Shown here piece by piece: positions 24,872 through 34,841 of a DNA stretch of 64,000 bases. Below the pieces are notes generated by a model. That model was not told where the DNA came from, ran no database searches, and saw only the letters and a program-made list of their open reading frames with translations. Origin of the DNA: a virus; the IMG/VR virus record IMGVR_UViG_3300033148_004740, positions 62,473 to 126,472 of that record; one strand, written 5' to 3'. The translations under genes and the position numbers were made by a program. The number at the start of each line of letters is the position of its first letter. Position 1 is the stretch's first letter.

Positions 24872-27800
24872 TAGAACCAGTCCCTCCTAGCTAAGCTATT
24901 GTAGTTAGGTTGTTCGTATACCTGCATTTGAACGGAATCTGTACCAGCAGGATCGAAGACTGTTCTCGTAAACACGTCTCCCTCCATCCGGTTTGTCATT
25001 AGTAACCCACTGATTCTATCATGGATTTCCCCTCGAGACAGAGTTCCCTCTCCTACAATAGGTTCAATTGCCTGATTATTAATGTAAGGCTTGTTAGCCA
25101 TAGCCTGTGCTCGGCCTGGCCAGAGGTCATACTCGTGCATATCCTCTCCCCAGTTCTGAATAACCTTTAGCTTTACGTCATCAAGGTCCACAGAAGGGTG
25201 CCACCCTACCCAGTCTGGGCCAGGAAGGGTAGATAATTGGGTCAGCAAATGGGTCTTGCGATACCAATCGCCATAGTTTTCTCCAGGTGAACGACTCTGC
25301 AGGTATGCCGAGTTCAGATCTTTGCTTGTCGGGAAGCCTTCAGTAGCAGCTTCATCGTAAATCTTGTCGATGAGCACGTCTGCTTCAGCTAATTCAGAGC
25401 CACTGAGCAGTTCATCCTTCTTCGCGCGACGTACTTCGTCCGCAAACATGACCTTCCACTGTGCAACATACAGTGCTTTTTCGTTTCGAGGGACCATCTC
25501 AAGGATCTTGGCACGTTCAGCTTCGGTTTCTGCACCTGCAAACGCGTTGAAGTAGTCTCGATCACGTCTCGGTAGAGCTCGGAAGATGGCACTGAAGTTT
25601 CTCGTGTACGGATTCAGACCAAATAGGGTCTGGTCCTTCTGACTTTCGAACTCTCGGAGTGCTGCAGAGTCCTGATTCTCTCGAGCAATGTTAGATAGAC
25701 GAGAGTATTTCACATATTTTAGGACATCAAAGTAGTCTTCGAGCTCACGACGACGTGCAATGTGACTGGGAACTCCTTCATATCCAACAGCTTGTGCCCC
25801 TAACCAGAACGATGGGCGCATGAAGTCACGGAAAGGATGGTTCCAGAATGCATTCTCGGTTCCATAAAGCTGAGTTCTTTCATAGTGCTCAATAGCAGTA
25901 CGCTGGTGAACCAGCTTAGCACCAGGAGAGATAGGTGTCATCTGGTCCAATGCAGTCTCGGCATTGTGAGACAAGGCCTCCCAGTAGCCACCGAAGTACT
26001 TTGCAAATAGGCCACTTTCTCCATCCTTGTCAGCCTTGAGTCTATTTATAGCCCCTATGATATTGGAAGAATCTTCCCCATCGTAATAAACCTTATCTCC
26101 AAAGAGCCCACCAGTAGAGGTAAGGTGCTTATATTCCTGGAACTCTACCCTAGTCTTCTTCTGCTGCAGCTGGTCCTGGGTCTGTTGGAATACCATCTCC
26201 TGACTCTCAGTCCAGCTCTCCTCCTTACGGGCCCTATTCACCATCCTAAGATGGTCTTTATAGTTCTCTGTATAGGGAGCAACATCAGCTAGTATCTTAT
26301 ACTTGTGAATTAGTGGGTAGTCCTCTGGGGAAACACCTTCGAGCTCTGGGTAACGGGCCTCATAACCTCGTCCTGGGAGCCGTAGCTCGCCCTCAGGGAT
26401 CTTTATATAGGGGTCACCATGTAGGAAGTCTGGAGACTTCGACCCGGGGCCTGGGAGCCATCCTGGCATCATGTTTGGAATCGGGTTGTACAGGGGGATC
26501 TGGCGACGTCTATGGGGGTACAAACGACGGAAGGCTTCTGTAGTACCCATGAGTCCACCAAGCTCGAGGTCCCAGTAACTACGCTCAAAACCAAACATAC
26601 GACGGGCACTCTCAAGCCTCTGTGTTTGGTCAAACCAGTCTGGGGTACCAGTCATCTGCTCTTTCATACTCATCATAGTAAAGCCTGGAAGACCTATCAT
26701 CTCCTGTAGGCGATAGATCTGTTCACCGACTATACCTGTTGTGTCATATGGAGTAGTGGGGACACCTCCGGGTGTCTCCCCAATCTCTGTAGCAATCCTC
26801 TGTCCGAACCTAGGAGGCTCAACTAGAGCTCCTTCTGAAGAGAGCCAGTCATCTTCGTGCATGATACGCTCAGGTTTGATAGCTCTGCCAACAGTCGCAG
26901 CAAGCAATGGTCCGACAAAGGGGACATCTTCAAGTGGCAAAGCGGAAACAGGGTATGGGCGCTCCTCATAATGTTTCTCTTCTAGGGCATAGGTGAACTC
27001 AGACTGGAACCAACGCTGGATCGGAGACAGAGCTTCTGCGTCATCGCCCCAGATACCTTCGTTCTTTGCATCCATCCTCATGCGTGCGTACCAGTGAGGA
27101 CGGAAGTAGGCAATGCGTTGTCCCTCAAAAGCTGATCGACCAAACTCCCACCAACGACCACGGCGAACAGGGACTTCCTGTGCTCCAGAGTAGATGGCTT
27201 CGAGTTCTTCAGGACTCTTCTCTGGAATCAGAGAGCCTGGAAGGAAAGGTACGATTGATAGTGCGCCGGCAAGACCGCCGATGATACCTGCCAGCTTGAC
27301 TGGACCAACCTTTCTGAACAGCTTGAAGGAGAGCTCACCTGTTCCTTCGGCAACTGGCTTCGCAATTCGACGCCAGAGATCTCCCATCTTCCCAGGGCGA
27401 GCATAGATACCAGACTCTTGAGTAAGAGAGCGACCCCACTGAGCAAGGCGAGTTTGTTTTCCATACTCAGATGCCCACTCTTCAGCTGCGGCTCGAGCTT
27501 GTACTGCAGTGGCTCCCCGGGTTTGTTCCCGAGCCATGTACCCAACCTTGAGACCATAGGCTGCGCCGGTACCGAACATGGCTCCCATCAATGGGAAGGC
27601 CATTAGTCGAGAGAAGTCTGTGCTACCAGGGGCAAGATCCTCTTGCCAATTCCTGTAGTCCTGTAGTCCAGTAGCCTGAGCAACTCGAGATGCTAGCAGG
27701 TTAGCTCTGGTGATAGCTGTGCCGGCAGCAACTGAAGTTCCCTCTTCGAGAATGGTCCCTTGAGTTAGAGCGCTCCCACTGGTCATCCAGTCCAGTGTCT

Positions 27801-28773
27801 GGTAACCCATGTAGGCGAGAGGAAGATAGAGACCATACTTTTTGAGCAGGCCTCCCATCATTCTGCCACCAGTAGATTCTGGTACTGCTAGTGTTGGCCT
27901 GATTCCTTTACCAAAGATCTTCTCAGTAGCCTTCTCAACAAAGCTTTGCCCTTTGGAGAAAGCAGTATCGAATGGAGGCATCTGTGCAGGGAGACGAAGG
28001 AGAGTATTAAAACGGGAAACCATAGCGGTTCCCCAGGCGCTTGCATGTCTCCAGGCTGCCTGTCCTCTAGTGTGTCCACCTACTACTGTTGTGGGCATAC
28101 CTCCTACGAGAGGAGGCTTGAATTCTGGGAACCCTTTAAGAGGTTGCACCTTACCGTAGAAGACTTCTGGATTATCGACTGGGGCTCCAACTACACGCGC
28201 CCACGAAGAAGTTAGCTTAGCGCTAGCATCTGGAGCAGTTCTGATCCCAGAAGCAAAAGGCAGTGCGACTTCGTCACTCTGTCCCCAGAAGAGCTTCGAG
28301 TCTCTGAATGCTAGACCCTCAGAGAGGACACGGCGGTAGGTAGTCCCAACACCAGGGTAGTTGCGCTTACCTATTAGTGAAGTGTAGTACTCGGCAAGCT
28401 GTTTTGTCCCTGTTCCCTCGGCCGCAAACAACGATGGTGGCAGCTGGAAACCAGCTCGGGTTGATGTCTCAAACTGTGAGAGAAAAGGACCAGCAGAAAA
28501 TGTACGAAAGATATGAGCAGGAGAGTACTCCTCGAGGACACGAGCTCCTCGAGCATACAGGTCCCAGACACGACCACCTTTCCAAGGAGCATACCCAAGA
28601 GCTACTACTCCTGCAACAGCTCCAGCCTTACCGAGCATGCCAGTTGCTGGATAGTCTTTCCTATAGAAATCTTCTTGCTGGTCGGCTGTCCACATAGGTG
28701 GAGATCGACGAGGATCTTGCAAAGAAGACCCATAATAAGGGCGACCATAACCTGGAGTATAATTATCTGGCAC
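24871..28773 (-). CDS. Tape-measure-like / DNA-ejection membrane protein, 1300 aa
   Basis: Immediately follows the two tail-assembly chaperones (the canonical TMP slot); several Gly/Ala-rich hydrophobic segments (GAVAGVVALGY, YGLYLPLAYMGY, LMAFPLMGAMFGTGAAYGL, LAGIIGGLAGALSIVPFL); helical C-terminal half. Confidence 0.6.
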   Translation of the reverse strand: MPDNYTPGYGRPYYGSSLQDPRRSPPMWTADQQEDFYRKDYPATGMLGKAGAVAGVVALGYAPWKGGRVWDLYARGARVLEEYSPAHIFRTFSAGPFLSQFETSTRAGFQLPPSLFAAEGTGTKQLAEYYTSLIGKRNYPGVGTTYRRVLSEGLAFRDSKLFWGQSDEVALPFASGIRTAPDASAKLTSSWARVVGAPVDNPEVFYGKVQPLKGFPEFKPPLVGGMPTTVVGGHTRGQAAWRHASAWGTAMVSRFNTLLRLPAQMPPFDTAFSKGQSFVEKATEKIFGKGIRPTLAVPESTGGRMMGGLLKKYGLYLPLAYMGYQTLDWMTSGSALTQGTILEEGTSVAAGTAITRANLLASRVAQATGLQDYRNWQEDLAPGSTDFSRLMAFPLMGAMFGTGAAYGLKVGYMAREQTRGATAVQARAAAEEWASEYGKQTRLAQWGRSLTQESGIYARPGKMGDLWRRIAKPVAEGTGELSFKLFRKVGPVKLAGIIGGLAGALSIVPFLPGSLIPEKSPEELEAIYSGAQEVPVRRGRWWEFGRSAFEGQRIAYFRPHWYARMRMDAKNEGIWGDDAEALSPIQRWFQSEFTYALEEKHYEERPYPVSALPLEDVPFVGPLLAATVGRAIKPERIMHEDDWLSSEGALVEPPRFGQRIATEIGETPGGVPTTPYDTTGIVGEQIYRLQEMIGLPGFTMMSMKEQMTGTPDWFDQTQRLESARRMFGFERSYWDLELGGLMGTTEAFRRLYPHRRRQIPLYNPIPNMMPGWLPGPGSKSPDFLHGDPYIKIPEGELRLPGRGYEARYPELEGVSPEDYPLIHKYKILADVAPYTENYKDHLRMVNRARKEESWTESQEMVFQQTQDQLQQKKTRVEFQEYKHLTSTGGLFGDKVYYDGEDSSNIIGAINRLKADKDGESGLFAKYFGGYWEALSHNAETALDQMTPISPGAKLVHQRTAIEHYERTQLYGTENAFWNHPFRDFMRPSFWLGAQAVGYEGVPSHIARRRELEDYFDVLKYVKYSRLSNIARENQDSAALREFESQKDQTLFGLNPYTRNFSAIFRALPRRDRDYFNAFAGAETEAERAKILEMVPRNEKALYVAQWKVMFADEVRRAKKDELLSGSELAEADVLIDKIYDEAATEGFPTSKDLNSAYLQSRSPGENYGDWYRKTHLLTQLSTLPGPDWVGWHPSVDLDDVKLKVIQNWGEDMHEYDLWPGRAQAMANKPYINNQAIEPIVGEGTLSRGEIHDRISGLLMTNRMEGDVFTRTVFDPAGTDSVQMQVYEQPNYNSLARRDWF

Positions 28774-29699
28774 TACTTAGTCTTGGCAGACCTGCGGCGT
28801 TTTCGAGACTTCTTGGGTTTTACCTTACTAACCTTAGCTTCAAGCTCAGCTATCCTTGTCTGTTCTTCCTGGACCATGAGCAGATTTGCTTTCTTGTTTT
28901 CTTGTTTTTGTTCTTCCAGGGCTGCCAATCTCTCCTCTGGGCTCATGATCTTAACCTTCTCTCCTTTCTTCATCTGTTCTATGTATTCATGATAGACACT
29001 AGGAACATCATCCATTGATTGCTTCTCAAAGATTACAGCATCAACTTTATCATGCCCAGCCAACGCTGCCAGGTGCTCAACATGGTCCTTCTGGCCGATG
29101 ATTGTCTGCTCCTCCTGAGGAGCTGCTGGCTGTTGCTCTCTCCAGGCTCTCTCGAGCTCTTCTGGAGGAGGTAGTTTTTCAACACGGGGCCTCTTCTGAT
29201 CCTGCTGGTCAGTAAAGGAAATAGGCTGTTGGAGAACTCCTACCTGTATAAGCTTACGTTCAGCCTGAGCCAGCCTTGTCATGAAGGTGTCATAGTCCAT
29301 AGCATAGACCTGATCAGGGGTATATGCCGGGAAAGCTTGAGTTATCAAAGCTGCCATGTCATGGACTACAGAGGTAGCGTCATGTCGACATACAACAAGG
29401 CGCTGTTCGATATCATCTAATGTGGATGGCCCAGAGTGAGCCATGATTGCCTGAGCAACTGCTGATACAGTCCCTGCTGGGAGCTTGCTCATGTTATCGA
29501 CGAAGACTTGGTTGAGAACACACTTCTTGAAGGCCTCATCCTCGAGCACAGCATGAGGATATGCCCGAAGAGCAAAGCGTGTTTGCAAGTCTAGGAACTC
29601 ACCGATAGTTAGAGGGCGCCACGGAATAGTCTCCCCATCTGGGAATACAGAAGCGAAGACTGAATCGTGCTGCTCCCTTAGCAGGAACAGCTCTCTCAT
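28773..29699 (-). CDS. Tail assembly chaperone, long paralogue (gpGT-like)
   Basis: QHDSVFA...IPWRPLTIGEF...AFKKCVL...PAGTVSAVAQAIM, then AFPAYTPDQVYAMDYDTFMTRLAQAE; position directly before the TMP-like gene. Confidence 0.7.
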   Translation of the reverse strand: MRELFLLREQHDSVFASVFPDGETIPWRPLTIGEFLDLQTRFALRAYPHAVLEDEAFKKCVLNQVFVDNMSKLPAGTVSAVAQAIMAHSGPSTLDDIEQRLVVCRHDATSVVHDMAALITQAFPAYTPDQVYAMDYDTFMTRLAQAERKLIQVGVLQQPISFTDQQDQKRPRVEKLPPPEELERAWREQQPAAPQEEQTIIGQKDHVEHLAALAGHDKVDAVIFEKQSMDDVPSVYHEYIEQMKKGEKVKIMSPEERLAALEEQKQENKKANLLMVQEEQTRIAELEAKVSKVKPKKSRKRRRSAKTK

Positions 29700-30139
29700 T
29701 ACAACTTGATTACGATCTGAGATGCAATCCGTGGATCCAAGAAGTTAGAGTTGACCATGATCTGCTCGTGGAGCAGAGTGATAGTCCCACCCTTCTGGGC
29801 CATAGCTATCATCCCTAGGGGAGAACCCCAAAGAACGCACCTGTGTACTACCTCAGCTTCTACAGCGAGCTGTGTCAGTTGCTGTTCAACAGCGGCAACA
29901 CTAACCTCTGTGAACTCGGTACGGGTAACAGGGCGCCAGATAAACATCTCTGTATCGCTGGTGCCAGAGGCATAGACCGATCCGTGCTCTTGCTTCCATC
30001 CTTCCATGATCTCCTGGGTAGGAGCTCCTGGGAAAACAGCAAGGGCCTCGGCCAGATTCTTAATCTGCTCCTCGACTGCTTGTTCTTCCTGAGTCTGTTC
30101 TTGTTCTTCGACCTTAGCGGTTTCTTCTAGAGCTTCCAT
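29699..30139 (-). CDS. Tail assembly chaperone, short paralogue (gpG-like)
   Basis: WKQEHGSVY...FIWRPVTRTEF...VVHRCVLW...GGTITLLHEQIM. Start moved from 30166 to ATG 30139, which is preceded by AAGGAGGAG. Confidence 0.75.
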   Translation of the reverse strand: MEALEETAKVEEQEQTQEEQAVEEQIKNLAEALAVFPGAPTQEIMEGWKQEHGSVYASGTSDTEMFIWRPVTRTEFTEVSVAAVEQQLTQLAVEAEVVHRCVLWGSPLGMIAMAQKGGTITLLHEQIMVNSNFLDPRIASQIVIKL

Positions 30140-30169
30140 TGCTCCTCCTTTATGACTGGTCTCCAAGTG

Positions 30170-30973
30170 TTATAGCAAATCCCTTGCGATAAAGGAATAG
30201 GCCTCCTGGATTGGGAGGCCATCAATAGCCACTTGTTTTGATTGACCAAGAATATAAACGTCTTCTAGCTTCTGGACAGTGTGGTGGATATTATCATCCC
30301 CCACATAGTCTCCAAAAGCGACATAGATGTCAAAAGGATTCAACGCTGGATCGTCAACATGTCGACCCATCCCTGTGTCAACAGTAATGGATCCTATATT
30401 TTCCTTCTTTGGTGCGCCCCAGACTCTGTTCTCGAACATCTCAAAAGCATTCTCTGCTCTACCTACTTTCCCAGCGGCACGTTGAGAGCTAGAGAAGCCC
30501 GTTAAAGAAGCATGGGCAGCTAGCTCTTGTAGCTGATCGACAGGGAGCCCGAGATTACCATTAATGACTTTTTCAATATTTGCCGTAACTGTCTCTTCTC
30601 CAATATACTTTCCCTTGTCTGATTTCACAGCAGAGAAGGGAGTAAACTCGCCCTTTACTAGAGCCTTATAGCGTTGTAGGACAAGCCACAAATAGCCAGC
30701 CTCTTTGAAGTTGATAGTGAACTGGCCCTGTACAATTACGTTCCCCTCCGCCACGGCGTCAAATAGACGAGAGGCATATCCATAGAGAGGAGTACGAGAC
30801 TGAGTGACAGCATAAGACATACTAGTGACCTCATCTATAAGTACATCGCCAATATAGATAGCCACCTGTGCGCCCGAGAAGTAATCATTGTTGTAGATAC
30901 CCCTTCGGTCTAAGGTAGCCCCATGAGTATCCCAAAAGGATTTCTCTGATTCGCCCTGAGGATCAATAGCCAT
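30170..30973 (-). CDS. Tail tube-fold protein (tube initiator, gp48/gp54-like)
   Basis: YFSGAQVAIYIG...VTSMSYAVTQSRTPLYGY...EGNVIVQGQFTINF parallels the major tube motifs. Confidence 0.7.
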   Translation of the reverse strand: MAIDPQGESEKSFWDTHGATLDRRGIYNNDYFSGAQVAIYIGDVLIDEVTSMSYAVTQSRTPLYGYASRLFDAVAEGNVIVQGQFTINFKEAGYLWLVLQRYKALVKGEFTPFSAVKSDKGKYIGEETVTANIEKVINGNLGLPVDQLQELAAHASLTGFSSSQRAAGKVGRAENAFEMFENRVWGAPKKENIGSITVDTGMGRHVDDPALNPFDIYVAFGDYVGDDNIHHTVQKLEDVYILGQSKQVAIDGLPIQEAYSFIARDLL

Positions 30974-32178
30974 TAGAGCCTTCTCCCTGAGCGCCTAAGC
31001 CCCATACTCTCCAGGTATCTAACATATCTTCTTCCACCTGCTACAAGAAGCTCGGACGCAGTCCTTTCTCTTCCTTTACTCCAAATACCTCTATCATTCT
31101 GAGAGAGCTTCATTCTGCCTACAGAGGTCATGATGTCTACATCTCGAGCGACAAAGTTAATCACCTGTTCTGTCAGTAGATCTTCTACGGACATAGTAAC
31201 TCCATCATTCATGAACTCAACACCATAGATCCCCATACGGGAAATGGAACCATATTCATTAGCGAAGAGAACGGTAAGATCCATTGGAGGAAGTTGATCA
31301 GGAATGAGAGTTGAGACTTCAGTATCTGCTCCCATTTCTCCTGCAGTCCTGGCGTCTCCCATCGCACGAATCAAGGGAGCAAGGGCATGCTCATTGAAGA
31401 GAGTGAAGATCATCGAACCACCAATAGTCCTAGGTCCACGGGTATATCCCTTTACATAGCCTTGGCCCAGAGCCCTTACCCCCATCTTCTCACGGTGGCT
31501 CTGGACACTGATAGTCTGTAGGGTAGCCAAAGTAAGAGTATTGGTAGCTGCATCATCCATCTCTTTGATGTGATCAATGCGGCGCTGTAGGCCATCCTTG
31601 ATGAACTGATGTTCTGCCTTCATAGCAAAGGCTACACGAATCATTCTCTCGTACCCAGCTGCAGAAAAGCCGTGTCTGTTGAATATTCCGAGGACGATAG
31701 GAACAGCAAGATCCTTAGCTGGACTGTCTGTCCCGTCTGCGGCACCTCTTATATATAGACCAGCAACTGTGAGAAAGTGTCGCTTGAGATCCTCATAGCT
31801 AGAACGGATGACGGCGTCAACATCCAGCGGATTCATGTTGTTGATGATATTCTCACAAGCAGCTACAACCTCTACTGAGGTATCGACCTCTTCCTTGAGA
31901 GCCGCGATCTGTACGTCCTTGTCCACTCTGCCGTACAAATGGGCCACAACCTTGATGTCGCTTCCAGAAAAGCTACTACCAACCCACTTGATCTCACTAT
32001 GTTTGTCTTGTTCGACAGGAAGATTATCCTTTTCTCTATGATATTCCTGTCGGATTAAGGCAGGGAAAGAGTCTTCTTGAAGGAGGACTTCACCGGGTTG
32101 GAACTGTTGCGCCTCGACGGCAGCAAGATCAGGAGGGCCAGAGTCTGATTTAACATTGATTGGTCGATCGCCTGGCAT
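30973..32178 (-). CDS. Tail tube-fold protein with a large helical insertion
   Basis: SSFSGSDIKVV ... (about 130-aa insert) ... LQTISVQSHREKMGVRALG..YVKGYTRGPRTIGGSMIF...DQLPPMDLTVLFANEYG...IYGVEFMNDG.TMSVEDL. Confidence 0.75.
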   Translation of the reverse strand: MPGDRPINVKSDSGPPDLAAVEAQQFQPGEVLLQEDSFPALIRQEYHREKDNLPVEQDKHSEIKWVGSSFSGSDIKVVAHLYGRVDKDVQIAALKEEVDTSVEVVAACENIINNMNPLDVDAVIRSSYEDLKRHFLTVAGLYIRGAADGTDSPAKDLAVPIVLGIFNRHGFSAAGYERMIRVAFAMKAEHQFIKDGLQRRIDHIKEMDDAATNTLTLATLQTISVQSHREKMGVRALGQGYVKGYTRGPRTIGGSMIFTLFNEHALAPLIRAMGDARTAGEMGADTEVSTLIPDQLPPMDLTVLFANEYGSISRMGIYGVEFMNDGVTMSVEDLLTEQVINFVARDVDIMTSVGRMKLSQNDRGIWSKGRERTASELLVAGGRRYVRYLESMGLRRSGRRL

Positions 32179-32189
32179 CAGAACTCCTT

Positions 32190-32217
32190 GTGAGAAGCAC
32201 CGGGATTAACCGATGCT
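32190..32217 (-). terminator. Stem-loop downstream of the major tube gene (probable terminator/attenuator)
   Basis: Minus strand AGCATCGG-TTAATC-CCGGTGCT (8 bp, one G.U) followed by TCTCAC; weak U-tract. Confidence 0.45.
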
Positions 32218-32233
32218 CCTCTGTATCTTAGAA

Positions 32234-32926
32234 TTATGTATATAGTTGACTAGTTAGACCAGGAAGCTCAACCTTCTGCCAAGGTACGAGTGTCCTAGCG
32301 ATATAAGTGTTCTGCATCTCAGACGTAATGTCGTCAATCGAAACACCATATCCCTCATTGAGTAGCTCAACACCGAAGATCCTCATGACAGCAAAGCTGC
32401 CGTACTCGTTAGCCGCTGCTAGTGTGATATCAAACGGAGGAATTTGATCTGAGAACCATGGAGCCATGGCAACCTGATCAGATCCAACATTAGTGATATC
32501 CGACTCGATATTAAAATCTGGATCGTCAAAGTCTACTGCCACATTAGGGTCAGAGACTTGAGCAATCGGTAGAGTCGTCACCGAAGCGTCATTGGTATTC
32601 TGAGGAATGAAGTCATCCTTATCGGCCAAAAACTTCGGAGCAGTTCCTGCACCATGTTTTCGATCAGCGATCATTCCAAAGAGACCAAGTAGAGCATGTT
32701 CATCGAACATGAGGAAAATTAGGGTACCAGCAATGCCACGTTTACCGCGCGAGAAGGATCTAGGATCCGCTGATCCCATAGTATACAGAGGGGCTTTCTC
32801 TCTCGTAACCGAGTACGAGATAGCCTGAATCTCTGCAATAACCTTGCTCCCGAAAACAGCCTTAATGTCTACGCCGGAAAAACTGTGGTAGCTCTTTCCA
32901 AATTGATTATCTGCTGTGTTGGCCAT
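32234..32926 (-). CDS. Major tail tube protein
   Basis: Directly after the sheath; SFSGVDIKAVF...IQAISYSVTREKAPLYTMGSADPRSFSRGKRGIAGTLIF...DQIPPFDITL.AANEYG...IFGVELLNEG; AAGGAG SD. Confidence 0.85.
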   Translation of the reverse strand: MANTADNQFGKSYHSFSGVDIKAVFGSKVIAEIQAISYSVTREKAPLYTMGSADPRSFSRGKRGIAGTLIFLMFDEHALLGLFGMIADRKHGAGTAPKFLADKDDFIPQNTNDASVTTLPIAQVSDPNVAVDFDDPDFNIESDITNVGSDQVAMAPWFSDQIPPFDITLAAANEYGSFAVMRIFGVELLNEGYGVSIDDITSEMQNTYIARTLVPWQKVELPGLTSQLYT

Positions 32927-32936
32927 TTACTTCTCC

Positions 32937-34841
32937 TTATACCGCCGCCAAAGCTACGGAGACAGTGATTCTACGTAGTTCGAAGGCTGGTACTAGTTTT
33001 AGTTCAACTGTGGCTTGTCCTAGTACCCTCTGTTGTGGTGTGATAATGAGCTGGAACTCAAAGCGACGTATTACCCCATTCTTAACAAGGTTCTGCAATA
33101 CACGCTCAAGAGCCGTCTCGAGAGCTGCAGTTTGAGCTCCCGTCATTGCTTCGCCTAGGAATGGTTCTCCTACGTCGCGAATCGCGTCCATCGAAGCCTT
33201 GACCTGACGCATGGTTGACAGACGCTGATAATCAGAATCTGGACGTGCTGCTGTTGGACCATCGCTGACTACGATTCCACGCTTCTTAGCATGGAAGGTA
33301 ACAAAGCGATAGCCTGCAAGCGTGTCAATCTTAGCTAGATTAAGACGGAATGGCAGTCTAACACTGTTCAACAGTTTGTTTGTAGGCGCACTGTTAACAG
33401 CTAGTGCAGAGTAGAACCCTGCATAAGTGGCAGCACCAGACGCAACGTAGGCTGACGTTCTGCTTGAGTTAGCCAGAACAGGCCATGTCGCCACGACACT
33501 GAGATACTTACCAATATCGACCAGGTGATCGTTGTCATCCTCTAGCTGGGTACCATCCAACCAATGATCATCAGTAGCGATGAAACCACCGTATGCCAGA
33601 CCCTCGACTCCGTCGATGGTAAATCCTGGCGTACCAGTTACTCCTCCACTTGCTAGACGACCGGCTAGGAACTTGTTCCCTAGCAGTCCAGTACCATTGC
33701 CACCAGAAGCCACAACTCTATTACCGTTTGCGTCGGTTTCTAGAGTTGGTGCGGTTCCTACCCACTGTGCTGCTCCCTTGAGAGAGTAACTCGTAGGTGG
33801 CTTGACACCAATTACACCTGTCATGTCCATGTTGTCTGTAGCCTGGCGGTAACAGAAATCAGCCAGCTGATAACCGAAGTTGACTTCATGGAAGTCTCCT
33901 GCGGTCAAAGCCGTTCCGTCAGTCGTCGCAGATGCAGTTGCCGATCCTACCCCAGAAGAGGTAAAGACCTGTGCTACAGTGAACGACGGAGACGATGCGT
34001 TGGGCTGTTCTGGGAACCACCACCAAAAATAGTTAGTTCCTTCAAACTCTTCTGTGTACAGCATACCGAGAGCGTCGTCAGACGCTGCGGCAACTGGGTA
34101 CCCAGTAAGAGCAGCAAGGCTCAGGCCAGAAACGGTTGCTTCATTCATATCCCTAACGTTGAGGTCATCTAGATAAACATCCATGGGGACTACTACGTCA
34201 ATTTCCTGATCCTCGAGCAGTTCATATGCGTTATACAAATGCTCGTATAGTTTCATTCGGGATACGGTAAGACCGTCTGTACCTGCTGTGTATACCGCGC
34301 CGCCAACTGCATCTGCTGCAGCTAGTGTTACTGGCACAGAAAGGGTTCCGATGTCCCCTGCGCCAGTAGTTGCGGTACCAGTTACGTCAAGCTCCCTAAG
34401 GTCAACGCGATCCGATGGAGATGATGGGATGTTGTCATAGACAAGTTCATCATCCGAAGCGCGCCAAAGTCTTAGCCTAAGGCCAGTGTCATCCCAGAAG
34501 ATTAAGTAATCAGTGCCGGCAGAGTCATCCTTTGAGACAGTCTCAACAGTGATTCCAGTACCAACACCTGTAAGAGTAGCTGAAGTAGCACCAGTCCTAA
34601 ATAGGTTGACGTTCTCAGCCCCTCCAACAGAAACTTCATACATACCTCTTGTGAGAGTTCCTTCGGCCTTGCCAAACTCGCTTGCCGCGTCTGCTACGCG
34701 TTGCACCCCGTACAAAGTCTCGGACCTACCCTTTGAGGCAGTTCCAAGAATTAGAGAAACGGGATCACTATTAACAGAGTTGGTGATAGTATTGCCATCT
34801 TGCTTTACTTCAACAATCCCTGGCAGGTTTTCGCGAGCCAT
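32937..34841 (-). CDS. Contractile tail sheath protein
   Basis: N-terminal LPGI.EV.QDG and ILGTASKG; C-terminal YQRLSTMRQVKASMDAIRDVGEPFLGE...LETALERVLQNL...VELKLVPAFELRRITVSV; AGGAGG SD. Confidence 0.92.
   Translation of the reverse strand: MARENLPGIVEVKQDGNTITNSVNSDPVSLILGTASKGRSETLYGVQRVADAASEFGKAEGTLTRGMYEVSVGGAENVNLFRTGATSATLTGVGTGITVETVSKDDSAGTDYLIFWDDTGLRLRLWRASDDELVYDNIPSSPSDRVDLRELDVTGTATTGAGDIGTLSVPVTLAAADAVGGAVYTAGTDGLTVSRMKLYEHLYNAYELLEDQEIDVVVPMDVYLDDLNVRDMNEATVSGLSLAALTGYPVAAASDDALGMLYTEEFEGTNYFWWWFPEQPNASSPSFTVAQVFTSSGVGSATASATTDGTALTAGDFHEVNFGYQLADFCYRQATDNMDMTGVIGVKPPTSYSLKGAAQWVGTAPTLETDANGNRVVASGGNGTGLLGNKFLAGRLASGGVTGTPGFTIDGVEGLAYGGFIATDDHWLDGTQLEDDNDHLVDIGKYLSVVATWPVLANSSRTSAYVASGAATYAGFYSALAVNSAPTNKLLNSVRLPFRLNLAKIDTLAGYRFVTFHAKKRGIVVSDGPTAARPDSDYQRLSTMRQVKASMDAIRDVGEPFLGEAMTGAQTAALETALERVLQNLVKNGVIRRFEFQLIITPQQRVLGQATVELKLVPAFELRRITVSVALAAV

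Noticed and set aside
12162-34841. Extracellular contractile injection system (eCIS/tailocin), given multiple tube paralogues
   Set aside because: The same operon has terminase, portal, protease and MCP, so this is a complete phage virion module.
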